This document shows positions 24,501 to 34,273 of a DNA stretch of 64,000 nucleotides, piece by piece (position 1 is the first letter of the stretch; each line of letters opens with the position of its first letter). The notes under the pieces are model-generated. The model worked only from the letters and a program-made list of their open reading frames with translations, had not been told where the DNA came from and did not search any database. The DNA comes from Amoebophrya sp. A120 (lineage: Eukaryota > Protista > Dinoflagellata). Both the position numbers and the translations under genes were made by a program. The stretch lies in the NCBI GenBank assembly GCA_905178155.1, contig CAJINV010000001.1:15314142-15378141 (forward strand). Direction: 5' to 3'.

Positions 24501-26402
24501 GAATACTATAGCCGTGATAGACTAAGAGCATATGCACCCGCTTCACTCACCTGAGTGGATTTGAAAGAATCATGGTTCGAGGTTCTACTCCTCGGAGGTC
24601 ATTCATGTCATTTCGTGCTCATCTTTCTTGTCATTTGGATCTCTAGCTAGCTTTGCTCTGAGATCTACAATGTAGGTCGTATTCTGATCCTTCCCTACAC
24701 TGAGGAAATTTGTAAATGTAATGCATCTATACGAGTGCGATACTTTTGCAATGCATAGACGAGCGGCGACGGGTCCGACTTGTGGGATGCCTCGTCTCAG
24801 GGGACCGGAGACAGCTGCCGGATATGGCTGAGACAGGCGCAGCAGAATAGCAAAGACGATTGCAAAGTTGACGGGCAGCTCCACGCTCGCACGTTCTGGC
24901 AAGCGCAGCCGCCGTGCTATCAAAGTGAAAAATCCCCCGCTCCCCATATTGAAACGGAAATTTCTGTTGCTGGATTTGTGTACACAAATCAGCTTCGTCT
25001 TGCAGTGAGGCACTGCAGGCAAAGCCTCAGCCTGGGTAGGGGTGTTCTTTTGTAGGTGCTTAGCATAGCAAAGGCCTTCGCTGTAGGCGCAACAGCATTA
25101 CAAATCGCTGGCATAAAAAAGCGGCGGCCTCTTTGGATGTGCCCCCTTGCAAGAGAGACAGGATTGGATTTGTGATCGCAAATCAGCATCACAGCATGCC
25201 TTTTCAGTATGGGGAGGGGGGATTTTTCCTCACAATACGTGCCGGTGCGAGGCGCTGGAGCAAGTCGAGGAGAAGGTGGCCGTGCGCCGTTATTGAAAGG
25301 AAAAATCCCCCCTCCCCATATTGAAAAGGTATGACTTCGAAAATTTGTGTTGCTGATTTGAGGTCACAAATCATATTTGTCTAGCAAGAAGACAAGGGCA
25401 GGAGCTTTCGCCCCATTATGGGAGCGATTTGCCATGCTGTTGGGCCTAAAGGGGAGCCGTTGGCTATGCTGAACAACTAGACACATACGCCCCGATCTAG
25501 CCTGGAGATCTGCCCGTAGTGCCTCTCTGCAATACAGCGCTGATTTGTGTACGCAAATCCAGCATCAGAAACGTCCTTTTGATATGGGGAGGGGGATTTT
25601 TCCTTTTGATAGCCGTGGCAGCCAGACCTTTAACGAGAAGGCATCCAAAGACTCCGACTGGTTAACAGGCGCCGGCTTCGAGTGGAACAACTGTCCGCGG
25701 CTTGGCGACCCACTGTACGTGAGCAAGACTGGCGTGATATCCTGTGCAAGAACTACGTCCCCACGATCCTACATTCAAGACGACAGATCATCGATTCATT
25801 TGCTACGCAGGCCAGGAGCAGGAAGTTTTGGCTGTTTTGCAATACAACAGTGGGTCTGTAAGTACTGCTCTAGTCGCGCGTCGCTCGTGCAGTGCCATCT
25901 TAAATCGATCTTCTTAGCGATGAGTCTGATTACAGCGTGACAAATTTCCAGATAGCAGTAGCAAATGCTCCTCATGTTGGGGCTGTGCGTGCGAAACATT
26001 TTACTAGGCACGCAGATTTGCTGCATGTCAACCAACTTAGTAAGGGGTGAGGTGGACGTTGCTAAAATGGATAGGGGAAGTATCCCTTTCGGTGCTGCGG
26101 AGAAGAGGGCGTGGTCACAGATACCTTCGGCGACTACGTGGAAGTGAACGGCAAAAAAGTGGACTGCATGACGCCGAAACTGGGCGGCGACACTGTGCGA
26201 CAATAGTCTAAGGAGGACCTGGGAGACCGGGGTTGAGGTTTGCAAAAACAACGGGAACCGCCGCCTCTGCACGGTAGAAGAGCTCGCAGCAACCCGCAGT
26301 GATGGCAAGAAAGGAGTCTGCGAAAACAGGGGCGGGGAATGTGACGGAGGATGCATTATCCGGTTGATGGTGATGAACTTGGCTCCCACTACACGTACAT
26401 AG
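15502..26402 (+). CDS. Secreted Cys-containing protein split by 4 introners (one carrying the copia) and 2 further introns; 3' end uncertain or frameshifted, possibly a pseudogene
   Basis: Signal-like MAALATLLVVLHGVAG; exons 15502-16158, 16307-16405, 24758-24917, 25238-25290, 25612-~25736, 25936-25951, 26121- (TSD overlaps aside) join in one frame up to ~26190. Confidence 0.6.
16159..16306. mobile_element. Introner family A, 148 bp
   Basis: TSD TCTCC; TATGCATTGCAAAAG...CTTTTGCACAGAATA. Confidence 0.9.
16509..16729 (-). repeat. Copia 3' LTR (221 bp)
   Basis: Direct repeat of 24481-24699; PPT AGAGGGGGAA on the minus strand at 16730-16739. Confidence 0.95.
17096..17621 (-). pseudogene. Copia RNase H domain
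   Basis: AFSDADYAG...RSSSG...WSSRRQ...STCESEY...CDNQS...KHF...ADPLTK. Confidence 0.95.
17622..18780. mobile_element. Unclassified 1159-bp insertion splitting copia RT from RNase H
   Basis: 5-bp TSD CCAAC (17617-21/18781-85); removal fuses RQVL to DQHNKERGELREWVAFSDAD in frame. Confidence 0.8.
18781..21361 (-). pseudogene. Copia integrase + reverse transcriptase
   Basis: IN: IVD..RVRTDN..PQQNGVVERWNRTL; RT: YKARCVALG, DISNAFL, LLKSLYGLK, YVDD; frameshifts at the pre-integrase junction. Confidence 0.95.
21376..24354 (-). pseudogene. Copia gag-protease, interrupted by the foldback element, stops and frameshifts
   Basis: MPTQDKSKELDLEKFSGDGGQSYSDWW from ATG at 24354; CKICSKIH..C knuckle; protease ILDTGARHHM; HRRLAH..C..C pre-integrase. 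Confidence 0.9.
22975..24084. mobile_element. Non-autonomous foldback-like TIR element (1110 bp) in copia gag
   Basis: 8-bp TSD GATTGCAG (22967-74/24085-92); 94-bp TIRs (22978-23071/23988-24081, 1 mismatch); internal 7-mer and TCGAGCTGTT-type arrays; removal restores SSALQS-AKQADD. Confidence 0.9.
24481..24699 (-). repeat. Copia 5' LTR (219 bp)
   Basis: Direct repeat of 16509-16729. Confidence 0.95.
24918..25237. mobile_element. Introner family B, 320 bp
   Basis: TSD CGTGC; TAT..GAAAAATCCCCC..CCCCATA TIR. Confidence 0.9.
25291..25611. mobile_element. Introner family B, 321 bp, opposite orientation to 24918-25237
   Basis: TSD GCCGT; its reverse complement aligns with 24918-25237 including the interior. 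Confidence 0.9.
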
Positions 26403-26866
26403 GCGGCTAGACCAACACAGTACTTTACGTAGTACTTTTTCCGCAGCTGATGCGTCTGTCAGCATAGTCAGCAAGCCCAGCCTGGAATGTCGCAATGTCG
26501 ACCAAACACATCCAAGCGAATCCGCATTTTCTATAAATAGAGTGTGCGTCTCTAAATTTGATGATATCATCAGCATGCATGGATATGGAATCTGTAACGA
26601 AGTTTTGGAACTACGACGAGAAACTAAATTGATATTCGTATCATGATTGTGAAACCAAACACGCACACGTGCAGAGTAAGAAATGGGACGAAGATCATTT
26701 CTCCATACGATACCCATCTAGACGAGCACCCTTGCTCCGGATTCCGAGCCGAAACTCGCGGCCGTCGACTCGTACGGTGCTAACAACGGGTACAACACGA
26801 AATGCAGCAGCAATAACAAGGACGACTGGGATCCCCACCCTGTATGCACTGCAAACAAGTAGTATC

Positions 26867-29296
26867 ATGTCTGTGTCGCTGGAGTTCGTTGTTGAACATC
26901 AACTCGTATTGCGTACCGCTTTCGTTGCATTCCTGCACCAGAATCGGAGTTGCATGACCAACAAATGCGGCACCTTCTTTTTCATGCACAATCACGCAGC
27001 TCCGTTCCCATTCGCGACCGCGATAAAAATGAGAAATCGTTGGAAAAGCTTGTCATGTTTGGGTGCTGCATTCGTTCCTTTGGAAGAGTCTGACTCTTCT
27101 TCACCCCCCCGTGTAGTCCCCTCGGCATCGATCACGACACCCTTTTGCAAACCCAGACAAGTCTTCATTTGCAGTGAATACCCTGCCGTCCAGATAAATT
27201 TTCAAGAAAACGTGCACGTGAAGCGCGTTCAGATCCACTTGGTCCGGCTGGGAAAGGAGACCAATCCCACCGACTCCGCGAACGCGGCGGCCCAAGAGTT
27301 CTCGGACGTGCTCTACTTCGGCGTGAACGGCGTCGCGACCAAGGATGACACCGCTTTGGCCAACTCCGGGCCGAACAAGCGCCTGCAGTTGAATGTCAGG
27401 ATGGCCGCGCAAGAAGACTTGCGGGAAGCCGACAGCGAGTCACCGGACACCGTCTGCACCTCCGGGCAGCACTTAGAGGAAGACGCGGGATCCCCCATGC
27501 CTCCTCTGGGGGACAAGGCAACTCTTGGCAATTTGATCAGCGAAGCGGGTGGCGCGGTTGCCCGCGCGCAGTGTGCGGCGGTGAAACACTGGTGCTACCA
27601 CGAGCGCGACGGCTTTGGCGCTCCCAGCCTGAACCCCTTCCAAGACGACAACTCAGTGAAGATTGCGGAGCACGTATCACATAGAAAAAAGCTAGCATAG
27701 CACGTTTGTTCGGAAATTATGCACAAATACATCATCGGAAAAAAAAATTCTCTACTGACTTGCATAGCCTAAGCAGGAAGATGCTATTGGATGGTTCATG
27801 ACAGATTTTTATCCCAGTTTCAGCTTGTTTTCGCGTTACGAATGAAACAGCATGCTAGCTTTTTCTTGTGTGATAGCCTGAGGGCAAGCGGTACTGGCTG
27901 CGGGCTGTAAACCGGAACCACAAAATCACGCTCCACTGTGATCCCGAGCTCATGCACGGTCGTGCGCTGGTGATCGAGCACCCGTTCTGGAGATTCGTTA
28001 TGGACCGGTAAAGTGTTACAATCGCAACTGGTAGTACAATGAAAACCTGGAAGATATATTTGTGATGCACGAAGCGCACGATCTTGCCTATCTCTATTCT
28101 CGCAGCAATGCGCATAAGAGGTTCTGGTTTCAAAGCCAAATAGAACCTGGTGAAACTTGATGTATTGCGAAAAGCGCGAGGCTCTGACTGTATTTTCCTC
28201 CTGCTGTTCATCAGGCAAGACCATGAAATCTAGACTCTACCTGTAACTACGTACCAGTTGAGATTGTAGGTTATACTCGTACCGAAGTCATTCGTATCAA
28301 ATGTAAAAATGTCTGGGTCTGGAAGATTCTGACACTTGTCATGCACGTTTTGCATTAGCCCTGATGTCTGTGATGCATGCCCTAGCATCACATATTTTTT
28401 GAGAGCTTCTTGATGCCTATTCCGCATGACAAATGCCCTCTCCGCGTAGCAAAAATTGCATTCCCTTTGGTACTCATGCAATACAGATTTTTTCGGAATC
28501 CAAATGAAGCATCACAAGTTGCATTCTTCCAGACCCAGACACTTTTACATTTGATAATTCGCCTTCTTTGACATCGAAGTCGAGGGGTGGTATCGTATTT
28601 AAAAACGTCCCCACCCCAGAGTTGTAATGCAAATCTGCATGCTGAGAATGTTTCTCATGCGGAGCCCCATGAGAAGCATCTTCTAGTCGTGTTTTGGGAT
28701 TTGTCATGCTCCAATCGGCATGATATACTAGATCTGTGATGCTGCTGAAGTACCTCAAACAGCACTACACTACGAGTCCAAATTTGTCATGCAAGACACC
28801 CAAAACTTGTGGATTTGTCTAGCCGATTCCGCATCTTGACTATGGGATGGGGACGTTTTTACATAGGATAGGTGGGCCGGCGTCCCGACGCCGAGCGTAG
28901 AGGCTCTGGAGCATATGCCGGAGAAAAAAATTAGCAGAGCATATCTGTCATGCCTAAAAACACGGCAAAAAATCCTTCATGGGCAGACCCGTACCCTGGT
29001 GTTTAGCTTATAGGTCGAGCAGAGCTTTGCATTTCAAATGAATCTGGCTTGCTAGCGTGCTAGCTTTTTTCTCTGGGATAGAAGACCGCGATACTGCAGA
29101 CGGAGAAGATGCAGGAGAAGTGGGAAGCAAGGAGACGGGTGGGAAACTGGAGATCAGGAAGACGGCGAGGCAGGATCGTTGCCCGGCGAGGGTGCAGCTT
29201 TGTTGCTCGGAGCGGCGACCTTGCTGCAAGGGGTGCTTGCCTTTTGGTAGTGGTAGACGCGTCCTCAACCTGACCGGTTCAGTCACTTCGAAGTAG
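26867..29296 (+). CDS. Hypothetical protein with 4 introners plus GT-AG intron 27997-28269
   Basis: Exons join in frame: ..KIAEH/PEGKRYWLRAVNRNHK..WRF|VILVPKSF/AFFDIEVEGW/AGVPTPSVEALE/..; start and last exon uncertain. Confidence 0.6.
27675..27875. mobile_element. Introner family C, 201 bp, diverged TSD
   Basis: TATCACATAGAAAAAAGCTAGCAT / ATGCTAGCTTTTTCTTGTGTGATA; flanks GCACG / GCCTG. Confidence 0.85.
28295..28556. mobile_element. Introner family D, 262 bp
   Basis: TSD ATTCG; ~32-bp TIR TATCAAATGTAAAAATGTCTGGGTCTGGAAGA; close copy at 36672-36933. Confidence 0.92.
28591..28870. mobile_element. Introner family E, 280 bp
   Basis: TSD GGTGG; TATCGTATTTAAAAACGTCCCCACCCCA / TGGGATGGGGACGTTTTTACATAGGATA. 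Confidence 0.9.
28914..29080. mobile_element. Introner family C, 167 bp, diverged
   Basis: TATGCCGGAGAAAAAAATTAGCA / TGCTAGCTTTTTTCTCTGGGATA; flanks GAGCA / GAAGA. Confidence 0.8.
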
Positions 29297-29795
29297 TACG
29301 TAGAAGGTCTTTGTTTACAGTTGATGGAGCAACTCTGTAGTATGAAGTACACGCATCATGTGAAGTGGTGAAAACAGTAGGCAATCAGCAGGCAAGCGAC
29401 GAGAAAGGCGATTGCCAGATTACCTGTCTCAGGTATACGAAAAACCACAATGTGGAAGAGACGTACTATCTACACTTAGTTATGTAGATGTCCGCGGTCA
29501 AGTCAGAGGCTTTATTTGTTCATGGTGTTCGTGATGGTCATTCTCATTTCGGAGCTCGGTAACTTTCTTTCCGCTTGCAGTAAGTTGAAATCTGGCCTTT
29601 GGGTCCGGATCTTGGCGTGCTGCAGTTTACATGTTAATATCTAGCACATGCCCCTGCGCCTGCGCTGAAAACCCGCAGGACTGGAGAGAGAAGGCTGCAG
29701 CGCTGAATAGTAGAACAACTTACAACCACTGACTTTGCACTAAGATTAAAACAACTTACGACCACTTTGCACGAAGATTGAAACACCAAAAAACG

Positions 29796-30143
29796 ATGTC
29801 CTGGTTTTCCTGCGGTGTCTTCATCAGAAATGGACCCCGCTCGTCTCCGTTCCGGAGCCTGGTCGCCACATCCACCATCGCTCCTGCCGCTTATCAGGCC
29901 GTCCCGGCCCCGCTAACGCGGAAACTTCTGTGGCCGGGTGCTGCCACGCTGGTGCCGGTCGCTGCGACGAGGGCTTCCTCTGCAGTTGTTTTTCCATCAG
30001 TTTCCTCCTGCCGGTGGATCAATAGCATGAAAGACTTTCGACGGAAGTGGAAAAAGAAGATGGCGAGCGGGAAAATCAACAACAAATGGGGCAGAAGAAA
30101 TGGGGGAAATGGGAACGTAAGATCGGAATACGGTGCCCACTGA
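29796..30143 (+). CDS. Small basic protein with mitochondrial transit-peptide-like N-terminus (mitoribosomal-type?)
   Basis: S/A/R-rich N-terminus without acidic residues, then NSMKDFRRKWKKKM. Confidence 0.5.
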   Translation: MSWFSCGVFIRNGPRSSPFRSLVATSTIAPAAYQAVPAPLTRKLLWPGAATLVPVAATRASSAVVFPSVSSCRWINSMKDFRRKWKKKMASGKINNKWGRRNGGNGNVRSEYGAH

Positions 30144-30945
30144 CCAACAAATTGAAATCGTTAGAACTGCTATTGTGCCAACATCCTGTAAGAGCAAGTC
30201 CTCGACGTCTGCTCTAGTAGCACTTACGATAAGTGCAAGTAGAAGTGCTGCGCAAGTAGTACAAGCACAGTTGAACAAGAGAGGACACGAATACTCACAA
30301 CCTTGAGCCACAGAAAATTGTTATACGAAGTTGTTGCACGATGCTGCTCAAGGAGACGACGTCTTCGACTGGTGTCCACGCACGCCGTGGTATGTTCGCA
30401 GCCTACGCTCAGCTAGGCACATCAATGGGCAAGGCTGTGTTTAGATCTCCTGCCCGGAAGGTTGTCTCCCTGGATCTGGCTTGAACAGGAACAGAAGAGA
30501 TGGCTACGTTGGCACGAGCCTGCATCTCGCTGTTAGTAGAAGATCATCGAGCAGCGCGTTTTTTTTGATCCTGACTTTGGTTCGAAAACTGAATTCGAAA
30601 CGAAACCTCTGCTGCTGGGCGCGCCTACATCACGGATACCGTACTGCCTTGATCACCTCAGCGGTCTGCAAATGGTTTGGAGACCACAAATAAGCACTCG
30701 CCATCCCTCCAAATAAGATCAGCGGTGAGGTCATGTGTGCATTCTCCAGCTTTCCACTCAGCATCGTCTGTACTAGTAGAAAACGATTTTCAATCTTTTG
30801 ATGTTTGATGAAGCCAAGGGCAACGTGTGACGCGTGACAGTGAATCCAAGAACTCGCGGTCACGAAGGTTCTGTCGTCTGTCTATAATATACTTGACCAT
30901 TGAAATTAATTTCGCTACGATAACGAAGAGGAACAAGTCAATAAA

Positions 30946-32790
30946 ATGGCCAAGCATAATAATTCTGCGAGTTCCTGGGAGGAATTTGCTATAAGCTCCT
31001 TCATGGCGCGCTCGGGTACTTCTGCCACCGCAGCATCCGCAAACCAGCAACCAGACGCGCCGTGGAAGTACCAAAAGTGGACCGGAATGTGGTTCCACCC
31101 GTACTTGGAACTCTTTTTCGACGACGGAGAATTTTTCGCGGACGACTTTGGCGGCGATGCTCTCGACGACAGCCAGGTGAAGGAAATTTTTGATATCAAA
31201 CACATCGCTATCGAACCCCCTCACATCCCGCCACGGGCCTGGGCGGAAGCAAGAAGGTTTCAAACTTTGGTGGAGAAAAGCGGAGCAGGAGAGGGAGGTG
31301 CTCCGGATGAGGTAAAAAACGGAAGTGGTGCGAAGGAGATCAAGGAGGTAGTAGATGCGGTTGGAACGAAGAAAGCCGGCGCTGCGCAAGTAGAAGACCA
31401 ACATACCGCAAACGAAGAAGCAGTCGAGATGCTCTGCAAGGCTTTCGATGTAGAGCCGAAACTCGATGCCAAGAGTTGGAAAACCGTGCTGATAACAACT
31501 TCAACTTGTAGAAAAGAGCGAGATACGAAGCCGTCCGTGTCGGTTCCGCAGGTACCCACCGGCACTAGCAGCTCGTCGTCTCTGTCCGCTCCCTCACGGT
31601 TGCGGCGTCGCGAAATTTCCGCGAACGACGGGTGGGTCGCCTATGAGTACGATCGAAGCCTGTCTGCCACCGACCCGGTTGTCTACGCGATGTTGGATGC
31701 GGACTCGCAGAGAACATTCCTCTGGAACGAAGTCAGTCTGGTGCTCTACAGCAGGGACCGGCGTCTGGCTGCGAAGCCAATTCTCGCCGAGAAACCGACC
31801 TTGATTTTGGAGACACGAGGTCGTGACGGTGACACTGCTGAGGCAGCAAGTAGCATAACGACCGGGGCTGAGCCCCATCTAGAATTTGAGGATGCAACGT
31901 CTAGCAGGGTGGTTCTGCAATTCGTTGGAACAATTGGCAAGGCGGAAGCAGATTCAGCACCACTGCATCAGAGCAACATTGCAATGTTCTACGAGGACAC
32001 AGGCGACGATGTTTCGATAGATGTGGTCTGTTCCCTGCTGGGCGAGACAAAAAGTTTGGATAAGCCGAGGCAGAACAAAGTCGAAGAGCCACGAAAAACA
32101 ACTCTTCCTCAACGCAAAAACTGTCCGGTCCACTACGAGCAAGGCTGCTGGAGAATCTTCGACACAAAATTGACACGCGGCTGCGTGCGTTGGTTTCGAC
32201 AGGGAAAGGTCGCTTGTTCGGCCGTTCCCCATCGACAAGCGAAACAAGAAATCGGCGCTGTAGACAGCGAGACAGTTACAACTCAAGCCACTGTCGTCCC
32301 TTCTACCTCCGTGCAAGCTAGCTTTGTGGCCACGGCACGCGATGCTGATGAAGCACAAGCGTTCAGCGAAGAATGGGGCCAAGTGCAGAATGTTCTTTTG
32401 GACCGTTTAAACCAAGCCAAATCCAAGCAGCGGCTGAAGCGCCGAATCCTTGGCAACACGGGCAGTAGTGGACCGAGCAAGCGCAGCGCCCTGGAGGCCC
32501 TTCCCCCGGAGGACGACTTGGCTGCCAAGCGCAGAAAGCGGTACGGGGTTTCGTATCTCGACCTGCATGCGGAGGAAAGAGCAGATCGCGACCGGGAGGA
32601 AAGATTAGCCATGCTAGAGCAAGCGCACGCGGAGGTGCGTGACCTGACCGAGGAGGCCTGGGAAAAGAAAACTGTGGTGGAGAAGCAGCGGGCGTTACAA
32701 GAATTAGACACCTACGACGTCATGAACGATGACGGCACTTTCCGTGGCTCCCAAAACCGCAATCGCGGATTGGGATACACTGGTGACTAG
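30946..32790 (+). CDS. Hypothetical protein, 614 aa
   Basis: Long single-exon ORF with charged, coiled-coil-like C-terminus. Confidence 0.7.
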   Translation: MAKHNNSASSWEEFAISSFMARSGTSATAASANQQPDAPWKYQKWTGMWFHPYLELFFDDGEFFADDFGGDALDDSQVKEIFDIKHIAIEPPHIPPRAWAEARRFQTLVEKSGAGEGGAPDEVKNGSGAKEIKEVVDAVGTKKAGAAQVEDQHTANEEAVEMLCKAFDVEPKLDAKSWKTVLITTSTCRKERDTKPSVSVPQVPTGTSSSSSLSAPSRLRRREISANDGWVAYEYDRSLSATDPVVYAMLDADSQRTFLWNEVSLVLYSRDRRLAAKPILAEKPTLILETRGRDGDTAEAASSITTGAEPHLEFEDATSSRVVLQFVGTIGKAEADSAPLHQSNIAMFYEDTGDDVSIDVVCSLLGETKSLDKPRQNKVEEPRKTTLPQRKNCPVHYEQGCWRIFDTKLTRGCVRWFRQGKVACSAVPHRQAKQEIGAVDSETVTTQATVVPSTSVQASFVATARDADEAQAFSEEWGQVQNVLLDRLNQAKSKQRLKRRILGNTGSSGPSKRSALEALPPEDDLAAKRRKRYGVSYLDLHAEERADRDREERLAMLEQAHAEVRDLTEEAWEKKTVVEKQRALQELDTYDVMNDDGTFRGSQNRNRGLGYTGD

Positions 32791-33239
32791 ATTGTTGTTT
32801 ACAGGACACGACGACGACAAATTGTTGAAAAGCAAAAGAAACAGCGAAGAAAAAGCAGATTGACGCTCAAAAATCTTGAACAAGTATTTTCGCCTGTAGT
32901 GCGGCTGAGTAAAACTACATCTACTGCATTTGTAGTTGACCTGGTAGTTTCGACATGTTCTATGCGCATGTCGTTCGCAGTGACCCGTTCTTTTCAGGAA
33001 TTTTTTTTGTCTCTACTTTGTGAAGATCTGCCGTTGCATTTCATATTTTGGTCCCCAAGTTCCGATCACCCTGTACGTCGAAACCCAACCAGTCTTTCTA
33101 GTTGAATGAAGCGAAACATGCACGCAGAATCAATGCAAACCAAATTACTATACTAACTAACTCAAGCCGTCCGTAGGAAGACACAGCTACATTCATAGCT
33201 GGATCACAACATAATTACACAGTTTTGACAAACACTATC

Positions 33240-33803
33240 ATGTTTCACCTGGGTAGTTGGGCGTTCGGTCTTGACAGACAACGTGGATCATCATGGATTC
33301 GTGCCGGCACATCACAACTCACCCGGAGTACCGTGCGATGCGACGACCAGCTTTTGCGAAGTTCATCCTCTTCCTCGAGTGCGAAAAGTGAGAGAACAAA
33401 CCATCCGCGTTCCGATCAAGGAAGTCCCACACCAGATCTCATACACAGAACAACATCAACAACCGCTGGCACGTCCGCCAACGGAACAGCAGCGGCTTCA
33501 GTAGCGGTAACCCCCGTAGTCCCCGTTGCAGAACAACATTCCTATCTCGAGGACGTGGTGCTTTGTCACTCCCAGAAGCAGGCCTACGAAAAGTGCTTTC
33601 ACTCCTGGTACAAACATTCGTTTCTGGAAGGCAACGCCAAAGACGCCTGCGACAAGTACTGGGCGGTGTACGAGAAATGTATTCACGAGCACTTGGAGAA
33701 GCACAATCTCGGGCATCTGTCGGATTTGTCAAAGCCAGTCAACCTCGTGCAAGACCATGCGGTAGCCGGGGGGGAAACTTCGCTGGGCGGCTGCCCGAAG
33801 TGA
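33240..33803 (+). CDS. Mdm35/TRIAP1 (UPF0203) family twin-CX9C protein with N-terminal extension
   Basis: CHSQKQAYEKCFHSWYKHSFLEGNAKDACDKYWAVYEKC. Confidence 0.8.
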   Translation: MFHLGSWAFGLDRQRGSSWIRAGTSQLTRSTVRCDDQLLRSSSSSSSAKSERTNHPRSDQGSPTPDLIHRTTSTTAGTSANGTAAASVAVTPVVPVAEQHSYLEDVVLCHSQKQAYEKCFHSWYKHSFLEGNAKDACDKYWAVYEKCIHEHLEKHNLGHLSDLSKPVNLVQDHAVAGGETSLGGCPK

Positions 33804-34273
33804 GCTGCCGGGATTGATATGTGCGAGGACTTTAAAAATAGGGTGAACGTCGCTTGTACTTGTTCACAAGTCACAAGTTTGTTGTTGTAAATCGTGACAA
33901 GATCTTCACAGGCGACCGATAAGTATACATAGACATGATCAACATGCGACCCACAACATTAAGTTTTCTGCAACTTCCACAAAGTGGTTGTCCATGATTT
34001 TGTGCTCACGAACGAGAGCCAAGATTCTCAACCTTCTGTGTCCATGCACGGTGCCGCTGGTCTTCATGCTCGGCCGGGAAAGAGATCAACTTGCCACTTT
34101 CCTATCAACGTTGTTCAAATAGCCCGCGAGCATGTTTTTCTCTTTGTACAACGTATCTCTGTGCGTATACCGTTTCCCGCACTGATGATCTGCCTCGTCT
34201 GGAGTTGGAATTCTTGTTTTTCGTCAGTCTACAACTCTTTGCCTTCCTTGAATCCACCCCCGTAAAATTAATC

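Larger units (their letters stand above)
16509..24699 (-). mobile_element. Full-length degenerate Ty1/copia LTR retrotransposon
   Basis: TG...CA LTRs, 5-bp TSD CTGAG (16504-08/24700-04), domain order gag-PR-IN-RT-RH, polypurine tract next to the 3' LTR. Confidence 0.97.
16406..24757. mobile_element. Introner family A in reverse orientation (156 bp net) interrupted by the copia element; 8.35-kb composite intron
   Basis: TSD GACGA (16401-05/24758-62); TATCCTGTGCAAAAG...CTTTTGCAATGCATA; halves 16406-16508 and 24705-24757. Confidence 0.9.

Noticed and set aside
26906-27116. Possible extra GTATT...TAG intron in the 26867 gene
   Set aside because: 211 nt would break the frame; no TSD or TIR support
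29714-29785. Imperfect ~35-bp duplication upstream of the 29796 gene as a promoter element
   Set aside because: Simple local duplication; no evidence of function
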